NCBI GenBank assembly: GCA_024704765.1 | Contig: JAKMXF010000099.1 | Coordinates: forward strand, 672,419-736,418 | Direction of reading: 5' to 3' | Source of the DNA: Oopsacas minuta | Lineage: Eukaryota > Animalia > Porifera | DNA length: 64,000 nucleotides | Part shown: one piece after another, positions 38,253 through 50,542 of the stretch | Position numbering within the stretch: position 1 is the first letter of the stretch | Layout: each line of letters opens with the position of its first letter | Translations under genes and position numbers: made by a program | Notes under the pieces: generated by a model | What the model was told of the DNA's origin: nothing | What the model saw: the letters and a program-made list of their open reading frames with translations, nothing else | Database searches by the model: none

Positions 38253-39299
38253 GCCTATGGACAGGTAGTGAAACTCAAAGTTAAATGTTTGTCTTCTTTT
38301 CAAGTCGGCGTACACCACTGACCCGCTGGTGTAAATACCGAAATGGACCAGACCCTAACTGATCTTGGGGTCGATGATCTAAGCAATATTTTCAGGTTAT
38401 ATTCATTTATCATTCGATAGTACATTCTGTCTCATTTTTCAGTGATAAGTCAAATTCTCTTAGAAATTTAATCTTCTATGTTGGACCATTGTTCACACAA
38501 ATATGAATTTTTAAGTTCGTAGGTCTCACCAATGCTTCGATCAACTTGAACAAACCCACAAAAAACACTGTCGAGAATTTAAGACAATTTTTGGTTAACG
38601 TTAAAGTATTTGCACATTCATGATGTTTCTTCATACCTTCACAACCACAATGCCTGTCCTAGGGGGCAAACTGGTACTTTCGTCATTACCGACACAAACT
38701 GTCACAAACTTTATAACCCTGGATGACATAACATTCGTATAGATGTTTATTATCTGATTGAGGTACCTTGCACTAACTGGGTAAATTACACACAATACAT
38801 GCAGTACCAACATACTTATGTAATTATGTTTTTCAAACATATGTATATCCTTTTTGCACGATTTTGGCCATATTTCAAGCCTGAATTTGATTATAATTTA
38901 CAAAGGTTGAATCACCTATCCTTACATAGTTATGAAGTAACTTACTATATGAAGTGAATCCCGAATATGACGTTAGAGCTTATCAACCTCTAGAGTTAGG
39001 TTTCAATAGTGTATTATTCATGAATAGGCTTTCGCCAATTGTGGATCCAAAATTATATAATGTAGAGGTCTATTATCACTAAAATTTCAGATATCGCAAG
39101 AATTCGTTAAACAGAATCGCAGAGTAACTGGGAAATGCCTCAAATTCTATCAAAATTCCACCTTATTTTGGGAACAATTACTAATCACGAGAATACCATT
39201 TAAGAATAGTAGGTCCCTTCTAAAACATGATTAAATTCGGTATTTCGGTAAGATTTATTACATTTAGAAGCAAAAGGAATGGACCATTCCAAGTAGAAC

Positions 39300-41345
39300 C
39301 GAATTTATGGTAGAGTGCTGTTAAGTCTCTGCATTTCACACTGTGGTTTGGATTTGTAAAGTCCTTTAGTTTTAGTAGTTAGTGTAAATTCTGAATTGAT
39401 GTATGGTCTCACTAAACCTCCGTATTAGCTTATCTGCCTGTTCCAAACCTTATTCAGAGAATTTCTTAAGGCCACGATTATCATTCAGTTCTATTAATTG
39501 ATAGGTATGTGTTAGAAATGTATGCACTGTGGGAGTTATTGAAACCCAGGGGTAAGGATCTAATAGAAAGAGATATATTTCTTCACATAGTGCCTTGAAG
39601 TTACTAACATTGATGTTCTGAGAGGAATTAGTTTCACGAAGAAGAGGAGAAATATTTCTATGCAAAAATTTCAAATTTTTAACGTCTTCTTGAGGTATAA
39701 AGGAGATATCTGTTGTAAAAGGTAGATCATCAGAAATAAACAAACGAACGGGATTACCAATGCTAGTATTCCCACTTCCTCCAGGTTGGTCAAACTGAAT
39801 ATTCGAACTTCTTTAATCCGTTGTGTAATCAGTTTTATGACTTACCCTAATATATACGTGATCAGCCCAGCTACGTCTTCCCGCTACTATCCGGTATAAT
39901 ATTTTCAGGAACCAATCAAGTATATGTAAGTGTGAGTGCAAGGGTACAATAGGAAAGACTTCAATTGTACTGGCAGGTTGATGAGTGATTCTAGCTCGTT
40001 GTCGGGAAGGATAAGCTATAGGCTCTTTCCATCAGAAGTTAGCTCTAAGATAATATCCTTGATCGCTTGCAACGTGTAATTAAGCGGAAAGCCTGATATT
40101 GCAACTTCAGGGTCTGATACATTAGTTTGACCTGCGAAGCAACACTGACAAGCAGCACCACCGCGATCAGTAAATATGGCGCATATTTAACCATCTAATA
40201 TTGAGGCCTTAATTTGAATATTCACATGTCCACTTTCATTCTCGAAGCAAGTTAAATGAGTTCGTCAATTTGTGAATTCAAGAAATTCATTAGAGAAGTG
40301 ACACTTTCAATTTTCTCTTTTTGAGATAACAATGCGATTGGCTGGTTGGAGAATCTAGAATTAGGGTATTGATTAGACCAGATAATAGGACCTTGGCAAT
40401 CTTTCAATTCAAGAGGAGAAACCATAAACAAGAGAAAACGTGAACGATCACGAGCTGTTTGAGATCTAAGAATAGGCACCCTGTGACTTCCCACCCATCT
40501 GCACCATGTTTAACCATAAAGTTAAGCGGGTACATCAGGGGTTCTTCAATAGATTGTATAGAGTGTGTGATGATACATTTCAAGAGATTTACTATGTGAT
40601 CCATGTAGTTTACTAGTACTCCAATTCGATTTGAAATTGATGGGTAAAATTTTAATGGAGGTGCTAGAGTTGTAGGAAAATCACGTATTTTAGGCCAACT
40701 GGCTAACTTTAAAACATCTGAAATTATCAATACCTTAGATCCATCCATTTCATTTTCCCCAGATTGAGGTTATATGCAAGGAATGTTGACTCTTCGGACG
40801 AAACCAATTTGTTGGAGTGAAGGTTCTCAAGATTATCGCCTTCAGAAATTGTTTATGCAATAAGATCAATATTATGGTATCCTGGTTTAGCAACTGCAAC
40901 AAAATATAATATCTGACCAAACTACTGAATAATGCTGATATCCTCTGAACAAGCTAATTGAGATAACACGTCCATAATACCAGTACTCTCGAGGTCTAGA
41001 TATTTAGAATCTGATTTTGCAAATCTTCTAGGGATTTTCGTTTAGAGCTTTCGGGGGCTGAAGTTTCAGTACTTGTTATATAGTCCTGACGTTTAAGAAC
41101 TATTTGTTTAAGATTATTTCCGCACTGATCATCTTGCATTCGTTCCATAAGGCGACTGCACCTCAAAAAGAGGTTCTTAATTTCTTTTGAGAATGTTGGT
41201 AATTGTGATTCGATTCCAAGTTTTCTCCAATTATCCTACTTGCAAAATTGACACCTACTTTAGCATTTCGATGTCCCTTGCTTGGTATCCAGAAATAATT
41301 TATTTACTTCGTGAAGTGTAAGTGACATTTTGCAGCTTTGCATGA
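39300..41345 (-). pseudogene. Transib (RAG1-core-like) transposase remnant; termini not established
   Basis: KHGADG, PWVSITPTVHTFLTH, GLKKFSE*GLE, PNSRFSNQP. Confidence 0.75.
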
Positions 41346-41766
41346 CAGTAATTATGTGAGATAATTTGATATACACTAATTTACGTTTAAAATATACATT
41401 TTTGTAGTTAACATCATATCACATTCTTATATAATATGTGCGAATCACAATAACTAATTCGTTGCCTAGTTACTAGTGTTTGTTATTGAAACAACATACT
41501 ATTTGGAATATCTTATATTGTAATGAATTATAAGAAACGGAATAAATGTGAATATTTTTGGAATTAAATATGACGTCATAATTTTCAAATGCTAACTCAT
41601 CCTCAAAATCTGACAATACAAAAAATTGTCTTTAGTTAAAACCCCATTAGCCAAAAATTCAGGGAAAATAATAAAAATTGTTCAAGTTTTATCCTACTGG
41701 AAATATTTCTCCAAAGTAGGGTGGCGCAGTTTGAGCAAATTCATCACAACTCATGCTGCAAAGTAG

Positions 41767-42305
41767 CTACATCGACAGAAATACCGATATCTTGTGAATA
41801 AATTCCCGGAATATATTCAACTTCAGTACAAAGACTGGTTGAACCAGTAGAGTTGGTATTTGTTCCATTCTTTGAAGTGAATTATTAAACATGAGCCCGC
41901 CTGTTTTCGTTTCGCATTTTCTTGGCACTATTTGCTTCCTTTTGGTATGTCCAGAGTCATGTTTTCTTCGGTAACCATCAGACATTTTCAGGTAATAACA
42001 AGTAATTGAGAAAATATCATAAAAGTTATCTAGATGTTAATTATTAAATATAAATTATACAAAAATAGTAAACTATTCCTCGATAAGCACATAGGGATTC
42101 GAATACTGATATCTGGATTGACCTCATGTTCAAACCTGGTTATGACTTTAATACGGGATGCATTCATGAATTCAAATTTACGATGATGATCTAGCGATCC
42201 CGGGGTTGAAACCACAATTGCACATGTGTGATTATGATTCACAAAAACTAGTACTGCTTTGTACCCGAAGTGCCTAGGGTCTACGAAGACTTTAATCCGG
42301 CACTG
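41767..42305 (-). mobile_element. hAT 5' fragment
   Basis: Terminus CAGTGCCGGATTAA (reverse complement ends at 42305); N-terminal MSDGYRRKHDSGHTKRK, typical of ZMYM1-like hAT starts. Confidence 0.5.
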
Positions 42306-42623
42306 GGTGTACTACCACATTAACTTTATGAGTTCTTTTCGTGGCCATTTTGTGTGAGTGTTTTTACAAATTTGGAAAATACTGATGATTTTGGAAACTA
42401 ATTTCCTAATTTGGAGAAAAATAATAGAACGGAAAATTTCATCAAGTAGTATTTCTAGAGGGCTGTAATTAATATATATTCACAAGTTCTGGACCTTTTC
42501 TGGTACCAGGCGGATATCCAGGGAAATACGGTACTAATAAGTAGATTAGCCTTACATACCAAAGTCCGCGACCTATATCAGTGTCAATAATTGAAAATTG
42601 GTACTTCAGATAGTTGGGAGCCA

Positions 42624-44254
42624 TGATGTTTTCCCAAAAATATTAGTAGGAGAACACTCTATCCACTAGGCGAGAACAATGCTGTAATAATTACATTCAG
42701 ATGTTTAAATACAAAAACTATTACTACCATACAACGACGAGGAATTCCAATTAAACCAACTACAATTTTGTTTGTTCTGTGCTAGTGATATAAAAGAAAG
42801 CGTAAATTATCAGATCATGTCTACAGTAGCTCCCAAAGTAACTTCTTCGCTTCTCTCTCTTCTATGTCAGTTTCGTTCCTCTTGTGTTTTCTACTCTTTG
42901 GTCATCTGCTGTATGATGTTCTCGTAACCAAGATTTGGCATATTTATCTGGATTCCAAGAGTCAATTGGTGGACCATGTAACTTTATAATCATCAAGTGT
43001 GATACCCGATCACTGAGAAGACGGTTTCTTGTGGAGGTGCTTATTAAGTTCATTTGACTGAATCCAAGCTCGCATTCCGCTGATGAAATTGGAATACAAG
43101 AACAACATCTCAGTAGGGGATAAAGATCATCAGGAACTCGTCGTCCTTGATTGCCAACATAGTCTTGGGATGCAGACACTGTTGAATTTCTTGCGAGACT
43201 GAACCAATTACAAAGTGATCGTACTTCTTCTATACCATAGTCAAAACAAATATCTTGAGGCCAATAGTCAAGCAAAAGAACGCTAATTTCGTCAATTCGG
43301 TTCTTGTAGGCATCATGTGTTCGAACAGATCCAGCTGCATTCGTGGCAAACAGGCGATCTTTCATTGAATCAAGCAATTTGTCAATAAATGCATCCGCGT
43401 TAATACACATATGTCTACGATTCGAACTTAGGTTAATAATCCCAAATATCCTATCTTTGATTGAACCGTTAGTTATCATCATCTTCGTTCCAAACCTACG
43501 CTTCAATGATTCGATTCTTCTCATGGATCTCCGAATGCATCTGTCGGCTTTGACGATGTTAATTGAACGGTTTTGTAGGTTTTCAGAAAGCTCGGAGAGC
43601 TCAACAAAACATCATGCATGGCGCCAAGTCCAATAAAAATTCTGGCGATTGAAGTCGTTTGTTTAAGCCCTCCTGCATTGGAGAATTTTTTCCCTTCTCC
43701 GCTATTTTAGTCTTGTAAAGCACTTAGAGTGCTTCTTAATTATTCCAAACTGCCATCACGGTTCGATAACTATTAGCGACCCATCTTGTGCACAGTATTT
43801 TCCCAATCTTAAGGAGTTTGGAATCTAGATTCTCGGCAATTTCCTTCAACCCTCGTTTGTTTTTGGGTGACTCACTGTATACTGAGTATAATTTTTCAAT
43901 GAACATTTTGAAATGATTTATTCCATTCAAACCTGCAATGGCATCATTAACTACCAGTTACAAGCGATGATTCAAACAATGCCATGTTATAATTTTCGGA
44001 AAATCCTTCACAAGTAGCTCCATAACTCCTGATTTTCGCCCAGTTAAGACGCTGGCTCCGCCAGAAGTGAAGGCAATAAAATGTTTTTTGCAAATATTCA
44101 ATCCAAATGTATGCCTTTTCAAACAAGCAACTAATTCGGAATGAATCCCTTTTGTACTCTCAACATTTGTCAACTTAACCAAGTCCAAGAACAAGAACTG
44201 AGGCTCCCCGGACGTTTCCAGTTGAACATTCAAATAGATTATAAGAGTTGAAAT
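42624..44254 (-). repeat. 1,631-bp inverted duplicate of 31343-32973 (internal hAT fragment)
   Basis: Three six-frame ORFs (220, 97 and 64 aa) translate identically in both copies, and spot checks show no differences. Both copies measure 1,631 bp. Confidence 0.95.
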
Positions 44255-44808
44255 ACCGTGCCTTGTCAGAATTGCACATAATTCCTCAAAAGCAATCTGT
44301 AGACGCAGCATATTACCGTGATAATATACTAGGGGTTACTTGTCTTGATGCCATTATCCATTCCTCTGTACAGGTAGCATTGTGGAAAGATCAATGTTGT
44401 TAAACATGTCGGATTGTTTATTCATGCAGTACGGTGCTCCAGCACACACGACTAAAGCTAGGCAAGAATGGTACACAAACAATTTCCCCCGCTTTTGGAA
44501 GAAAGGTGAGTGGCCAGCCAACTCTTCTGATCTAAATCCTATCGAGAATTTATGATTTATATTAGCTGATAAGGTGGATAAGTTGAGTCAAGTTAACACA
44601 ATTGAGAACCTAATTCGGAACCTCAAATTGGCCTGGATCAGTATTGATGTGGATATTTTAAATAATTTACTTCCTGGCATGCTTGATAAGATTAGAAAGT
44701 AATAGAATTGCATGGTGATTATATTGGCCAATAAAATCGATAGTGTGTGTATGCTATGTAGTATATAATTTACGTTACTCGAGGTGCCAATACTTTTGAA
44801 ACAACCTG
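44254..44808 (+). mobile_element. Tc1-like (DD37E) 3' fragment
   Basis: YRALSELHIIP...FMQ[Y]GAPAHT-37-WPANSSDLNPIE; ends at TIR ...TTTGAAACAACCTG-TA. The 5' half is missing. Confidence 0.8.
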
Positions 44809-47225
44809 TATAGAGAAAATGTCCACATTTCTCAAAAGGTATTGTTAAAAGCAAATGAACTATATTCTTAGTGAATAAGAGATTGACTACTATGAAAATA
44901 CTAGCAGAACCTTAGAGCCATAGGTTTCATGATTTTTTCAATATAGCCTCAACAAACAGAACCACATCCTTATCACGGCAGGAATGTGTTCACATTCCAT
45001 TCATACCAAGCATTTCTTTTCAATTTACTATTCGCTTTTGTCATTATATACAACTGTCAAGCATTAATTTCCCTGAAAACTTGATTTAATCACAGCTTGA
45101 AAAGCAGCATTTTTATTCTATAATAGCTAATCCAAAACTGCACGAAAGTGATGGGGATCGAATAATTAGTGCCCAATATCTACCCACCATAATGGAGCAA
45201 GAGTAATCATTTCGTTGCGAATTACTGTGATATCTTAAAATTTTCCACACAATTACAAAGTAAATTGATAAATGAAAATGAGAAGGTGTTCAAAATACAA
45301 GAGTCTCACTTAGGATCAGTGAGACTTGACTACTAAGCTAAAACATTTCCAAAGTAATTAGGGTTACATGTCCCCGAGAAGGCAAGAAAAGAGAAGTGGA
45401 AATGTGATATCACTATGATAGAGCCAAATTAAGCATTTAATGACTTATAGGAATATGGTATACGAGTTTGCCTTTTAATTGCCTAAATTATGATATCTTA
45501 TCATTCATTAAAAGTGATCGGAGATCGTTATCCCGATCTTTCTGCAAAAATGCATCGCGATTATGTTCACCAGAGTTTTTCCGTTCATATTTCTAAAATT
45601 TATATGAACCTTCTATAGAGAGATGCTCTATTTATCAAGTGCTTACTTCCCACCACGCTGCCATGCGAAATATGCCATCCAATTGCCATGGAAACTAGTA
45701 CATTAAATATGATATATATTATGGGTTCTTGATTTGCAAAGTTTACAAATTCTTTCTTCCTAAACGATCAAATTGGATCCCAAAAATTCGGATAAGAATT
45801 TCTCAACCATCATCTGATCGCACATACTGATGCCATAGAGATATCTTATTAGTCATCCATTTCATTAGATCTAGCTAAATTCAACTGATCGTAGTCAAAT
45901 CTCATTGTGGATTTTTGCTGAAATGGACAAATATGTGATAGTATTGTTTCAATACAATGAACATAACATGCTAAAGAAAGAACTTCCTGAGTGACCCTCT
46001 TATTATTAAGCTCTTTCCTTGGTGCAAAATTACATATTTATCCATTTATAAATACGACGACTCAACTATTTCTCCCCTCTCCTGTCACGACACCACATGC
46101 TGTACGAGGTCATATATTCATACCTGGCGGTCATGAACTTAGTTACGTAATGCAATCAGTCAAAACTCCTAAATACACTTCTAGTATTGTCAACTTACCA
46201 TTACAAACGTGGAATATTCTCAAATGAAATTTGTATATAACATTTTCGAGGCCAAGTCTGTATTTTATTTAGAGATTTATGAGATAGTTTTATCTATGAT
46301 TTAATGGATAATGGTTATTTTGGCCTTGAAAATGAGAGAGTTTCAATTGACTCCTATTCAGTTCTTAATTCCTAAGTAATATAGATGTATGCGATACAGC
46401 ACCAATATCGGCTAGAAATCCGCCATATAACTCCCACGTTCAAATATTTATATGTAAATACATTTCCCCGCTAGAGCCCCTGGGAGAATCTTCGGGCTCT
46501 GGTCCCGCATTATGCCGCTGCTCTCATAGTGTACGAATTTATAACATGAAAAATAGTCTAACAATTGCTAATTTACTATGCTTGTCTACAAATCATGTAA
46601 TTATTTAATAATATTTATGAAAGCTTTCCGTGCTTTCTTGTCTAAAATTAGTTGATAATTACGTCAAATTGGCTTCTCATGTCAACCCGCCTTCAATACT
46701 GAATATAACAACATCACTAAACTTTTGTTATGTTATTCCGTTCCTAAAAAAGTCTTAGACCAATGTAATCTTGTAAATAATTGTTAATTTGACGCTACAG
46801 TACCTGGATGAGTAATAACCTTTGAAATATAATAAGTGCGAGAGAACGTAATCGTTGGAACTAGAAATTTTGAAAATCTTAAGTAATTACGTCCTAGTAC
46901 AAGTACAAGTTAAATTTAAACCATTGATTGATTGAGTACTTTTGAATTAAAATTTGAATGCAAATTCTCCTCCTTTAGCACTAATACAAGTGTAGTAATA
47001 CTCAAAATGAATTCCCAAGAGTTCGAGAAACGACAAGTCAGCCAGGAAGAAATTTTGGCGACTAGATTGAATAGTTTGTATATGCCTTGTTTACAACAGG
47101 TTTATACAAGAGAAACCTTATGGTTTCACAAATTGAGCTATTACTTGACTTGTAAATAAAACATAATACATAAATAGTTGGTGAGTTGTAATTATATTTG
47201 AGAATATGTAATTTACTCGTGAATA

Positions 47226-49447
47226 CACAGGCGTACACATTTTAGTTGTATTGATTTTGTCAACTGATATATACTAATTCTGTGTTGCTGATTCCGATTA
47301 TTAAGTCAGTTTCTCCTAATGCGTCAAGTTGTCTCACAATCCCATTACTACATTTATAGAACAAAATTGGTTTCAACCCTTATATGTTAGATTGCATCAA
47401 TTAAATTTCTGAAAATGTCAATATTTCATTCGCTAAGAATAATTATATAATTGTTACTAATATGAATGGAAGAAAGTGATACTATAAACATGTAATCTGA
47501 GCACTATTCAATCTAAAAATTTTCTCTTGTTTGACTTTCTTGAATGTTATTCGTTAGGACAATTTCTTTTTAGGTACCAACAGTAATCTGCCATCATATG
47601 TGGTCCCATCTTCATTGATATCGCTGTTCCATCACTTTTATGTCTTGATGGAATCGTTCACCTTGTTCTTCACTCATATTACCTAGATTACCCGGAAATC
47701 TGTCAAGATGGTCTCTCAAATAATGAATTTTAATGCTCATATTACAGCCTAGAGCATGATAGCTGTCGACTAACTCTGTGACTAGTTCTTTGTAGTTGGA
47801 TGCCTTTTTATTACCAAGGAATTAGAAACGACATTAGAGAAAGCCTGCCACGCTGTCTTCTCTTCCTCGTTCATTGAATCTTTGAAGCTGTTGTCCCTAA
47901 GTAACTTGCGAATCTGTGTACCTTCAAATATCCCTGCCGTTTTCTTCTCTTCACTGATTTCTGGAAAATAATTTCGGATATACTAAAAACAATATCTGTC
48001 TTTATCCAGTGCTATGATGAATTCTTCATTAAACCAAGCTTAATGTGGAGAGGAGGTAGAATTATTTTATTTGTATGTACCAGAGGGTTATTAATTACAT
48101 TTTTGTCCGCTACTTGCAAACATTCTCTCGGAGGCCACTTTCCCTTATCCAATGCTGTTCCTACCTCTACTGTCCCAATAACAAAGAAAACAGGGGCACT
48201 TAGTGAACCCAGATTGTTGTCCTAATAGAAAGTTGACCATTTTGAGATCAACACAGATGACCCAATCATGTGCAGTGTAATTAGTAATCTCTAATATCTC
48301 TTTCACATTATTGTACTCCTCTTTGAGTTTAACTGAATATCCTATAGGAAATGAACCGAATATATTTCAACTATGGAGTAGTACACATTTCAGACTCCTT
48401 TTGGAGCTGTCAATAAACAGCCTCTAGTCACTTGGATTGTAGTTCGGAACTCCCATTGCCAGTAGACGACCCTCAACATTTGGACAAAACACCAAACTAT
48501 TCCTTTCGCAGAAATACTGTTGAAACTCTTGCTCCCTGTAATGATATGATGTTACTTTTTGTTCCTTGATGGAGTAGGTTCTTTTCTTTCAATCTAGATG
48601 CAAGCAACTCAGAAGATTCTTTCGAGAGGTCAAGGTCACGAATTAAATCATTCAATTCCGCTTGGTTAAAGAGAGAAGGCTCCGAGGAAGGACCTTGAAA
48701 ATCAACATCATATTCACAGTCATGATCATTGACTTCTTCCGAATTGGCACCATCTTCATCATCATAGAGTCCGAGAAATTCTGTGAATATTGGTACAGGT
48801 AGATCACTATAATGAGGGACTGGTCGAATAGCAGATTCTAAATTTGGGTAATCCAGTAGGTGTCTGTCACTCTTTTTGCAGCCCATAACATTTACCATGC
48901 AAAAATAACAATCATCGGAATGATTTTTGGATTCTCTCCAAATCATAGGAATTCCGAAAGGGAGGTGTTTCTCTTTACCTTTACTCCAAGACCTCAAGAA
49001 TTCTACACAAGATTTACAGACCTTATGAGGTGCCCAACTTTTGTCCTGGTCGCCCAGCTTAACTTTGTAATACGCATGGTAAGCTCTATTCACAATTTCA
49101 GTAATATTCTGCATCTGAAGTTTCGGAGTATAGAAACCACAAATATAACAAAAAATGTCTGGACAATTGAAACACTTTCTTTTCGACGTATCAACAAAAA
49201 AGAATAACAGACTAGTTAAAAGCCAATAAGCAAATAAGACTATTTGAATATATATACTATGTACATAATGTTATTGTTGTAATATGTAATCATGATGAAT
49301 TTTTGGCAAAATCGAAATTTTTCTGAAGATGTAGCTATATGTTTGTGAAAAAACTGAATAGATATTCAAAATCAGCGCACCTAAATTAGTCTAAATCAGT
49401 GATCAAAATATAAACAACTGCAATATAATATTTTTTGTAGCCCTGTG
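47226..49447 (-). mobile_element. Chapaev3-like (CMC) transposon, decayed
   Basis: 5' TIR CACAGGGCTACAAAAAA at 49447. Motifs GDQDKSWAPHKVCKSC, DDCYFC, SAIRPVPH, GCNMSIKIHYL, SEEQGERFHQDIK. The left end CACAGGCGTAC (47226) is tentative. Confidence 0.75.
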
Positions 49448-49839
49448 TTATCAATGCTAAGTGGTAGATTTACTTGAATTGTTACTAAAATTTCATTACT
49501 CAAGTAAAATAAGTACAATTTCAAGTATTCAAGAAATTTACCTCAACAGTTGAACCCAACCATAAATTTACTAACAATTTCAATCCTCAACATGATACCG
49601 GACATAAGTCCTTTGAGATCAGGGCGTCTTGCCCCCCTCGGTGCCCTAACCTCATTAGCGGGAATATCAGAATTCTTCTCAAATTCTCCAGTCTATCCAG
49701 TTTATCTTTACTGTATAAGATGTTTATTTTATATGATTCACATCAAATAGATACTCAAGAATAGTTGGGAATCCTTGGAAGTTTGGTCGGCTACCCCTGT
49801 TCTGTGTATTTATCTGATTCCTTTAATATCTATTTCTAG

Positions 49840-49938
49840 GTTCAGACTATGACTACAGGACCAACATATATTGGATGGTTCGGATTATTAACATTAACAG
49901 ATATTTTGGACTTTGCCTATCAAATTGCTGATGGGATG
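49840..49938 (+). CDS. Receptor tyrosine kinase exon (kinase insert to alphaE), missed by the ORF track
   Basis: TTTCTAG|G acceptor and ATG|GTGAGT donor; 99 nt, phase 0-0; VQTMTTGPTYIGWFGLLTLTDILDFAYQIADGM. Joins in frame to both neighbouring kinase exons. Confidence 0.85.
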
Positions 49939-50542
49939 GTGAGTTTTTAGTGTTTTGTCCATTAGGTAATTTGTTTATAACGTACACTTCGATAATATAA
50001 TGTGGGAAAACAGTTACGTCTTCTTTCAGTTTACTCATTGGAATCCATTAATTCGATATACAGGGTTTAAGAAATTGTTTCCTCTATTTTGACCATACAG
50101 TATAACTATTTCCTATATTCTAATGTACTTTATTATTATTACTTGAATAAATACAATGTATACTGTACCTGTAGACAGTACCTTAAGTATATTTTGGAAT
50201 GTTTTGTTACTTTTTGATTGATGAAGTTTGTAGTTGTTTCTAACAGAAATTTTTTAAGAAATAGTCAAAATGCCAGTATCAAATTTGCGCCATCAGGCAA
50301 TGGGCATGATAAAGGATGGAATGACCCAAAGTCAGTTGGCAAATAATATTCGAGTCTGGATGCGAACCGTTCGTTTTAAGAAGGGAGATTCTCTTACAAA
50401 TAGAAGTGGCCGCGGGAAGAAACGGTCTTAGAAACAATCTCAAAATTGTTTTGAAGAAAAATGTTGGAAAAAAACAAAATCAACACGGAAACTATCCCAT
50501 ATCTTGAAATTTAAAGGTTTCCGGCTTTCCAAGTTACTATTC

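Noticed and set aside
39337-39345. CACACTGTG as the terminus of the minus-strand Transib
   Set aside because: No matching TSD with the candidate other end (41733), and it falls within the likely C-terminal coding region.
32974-42623. Simple staggered-break inversion of the segment between the duplicated arms
   Set aside because: That model predicts the missing Tc1 5' half, inverted, next to 32974; the sequence there does not look like Tc1. Not fully excluded if deletion accompanied the event.
42612-42627. GGAGCCATGA at the left junction as the Tc1 G-A-M-S continuation (clean insertion into one Tc1)
   Set aside because: Suggestive, since it would join to TACCGTGCC = YRA, but the sequence further upstream shows no Tc1 motifs, so it may be chance.
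9236-49839. piRNA-cluster-like antisense bias of TEs in the intron
   Set aside because: Oriented elements across the window are roughly balanced between + and - strands.
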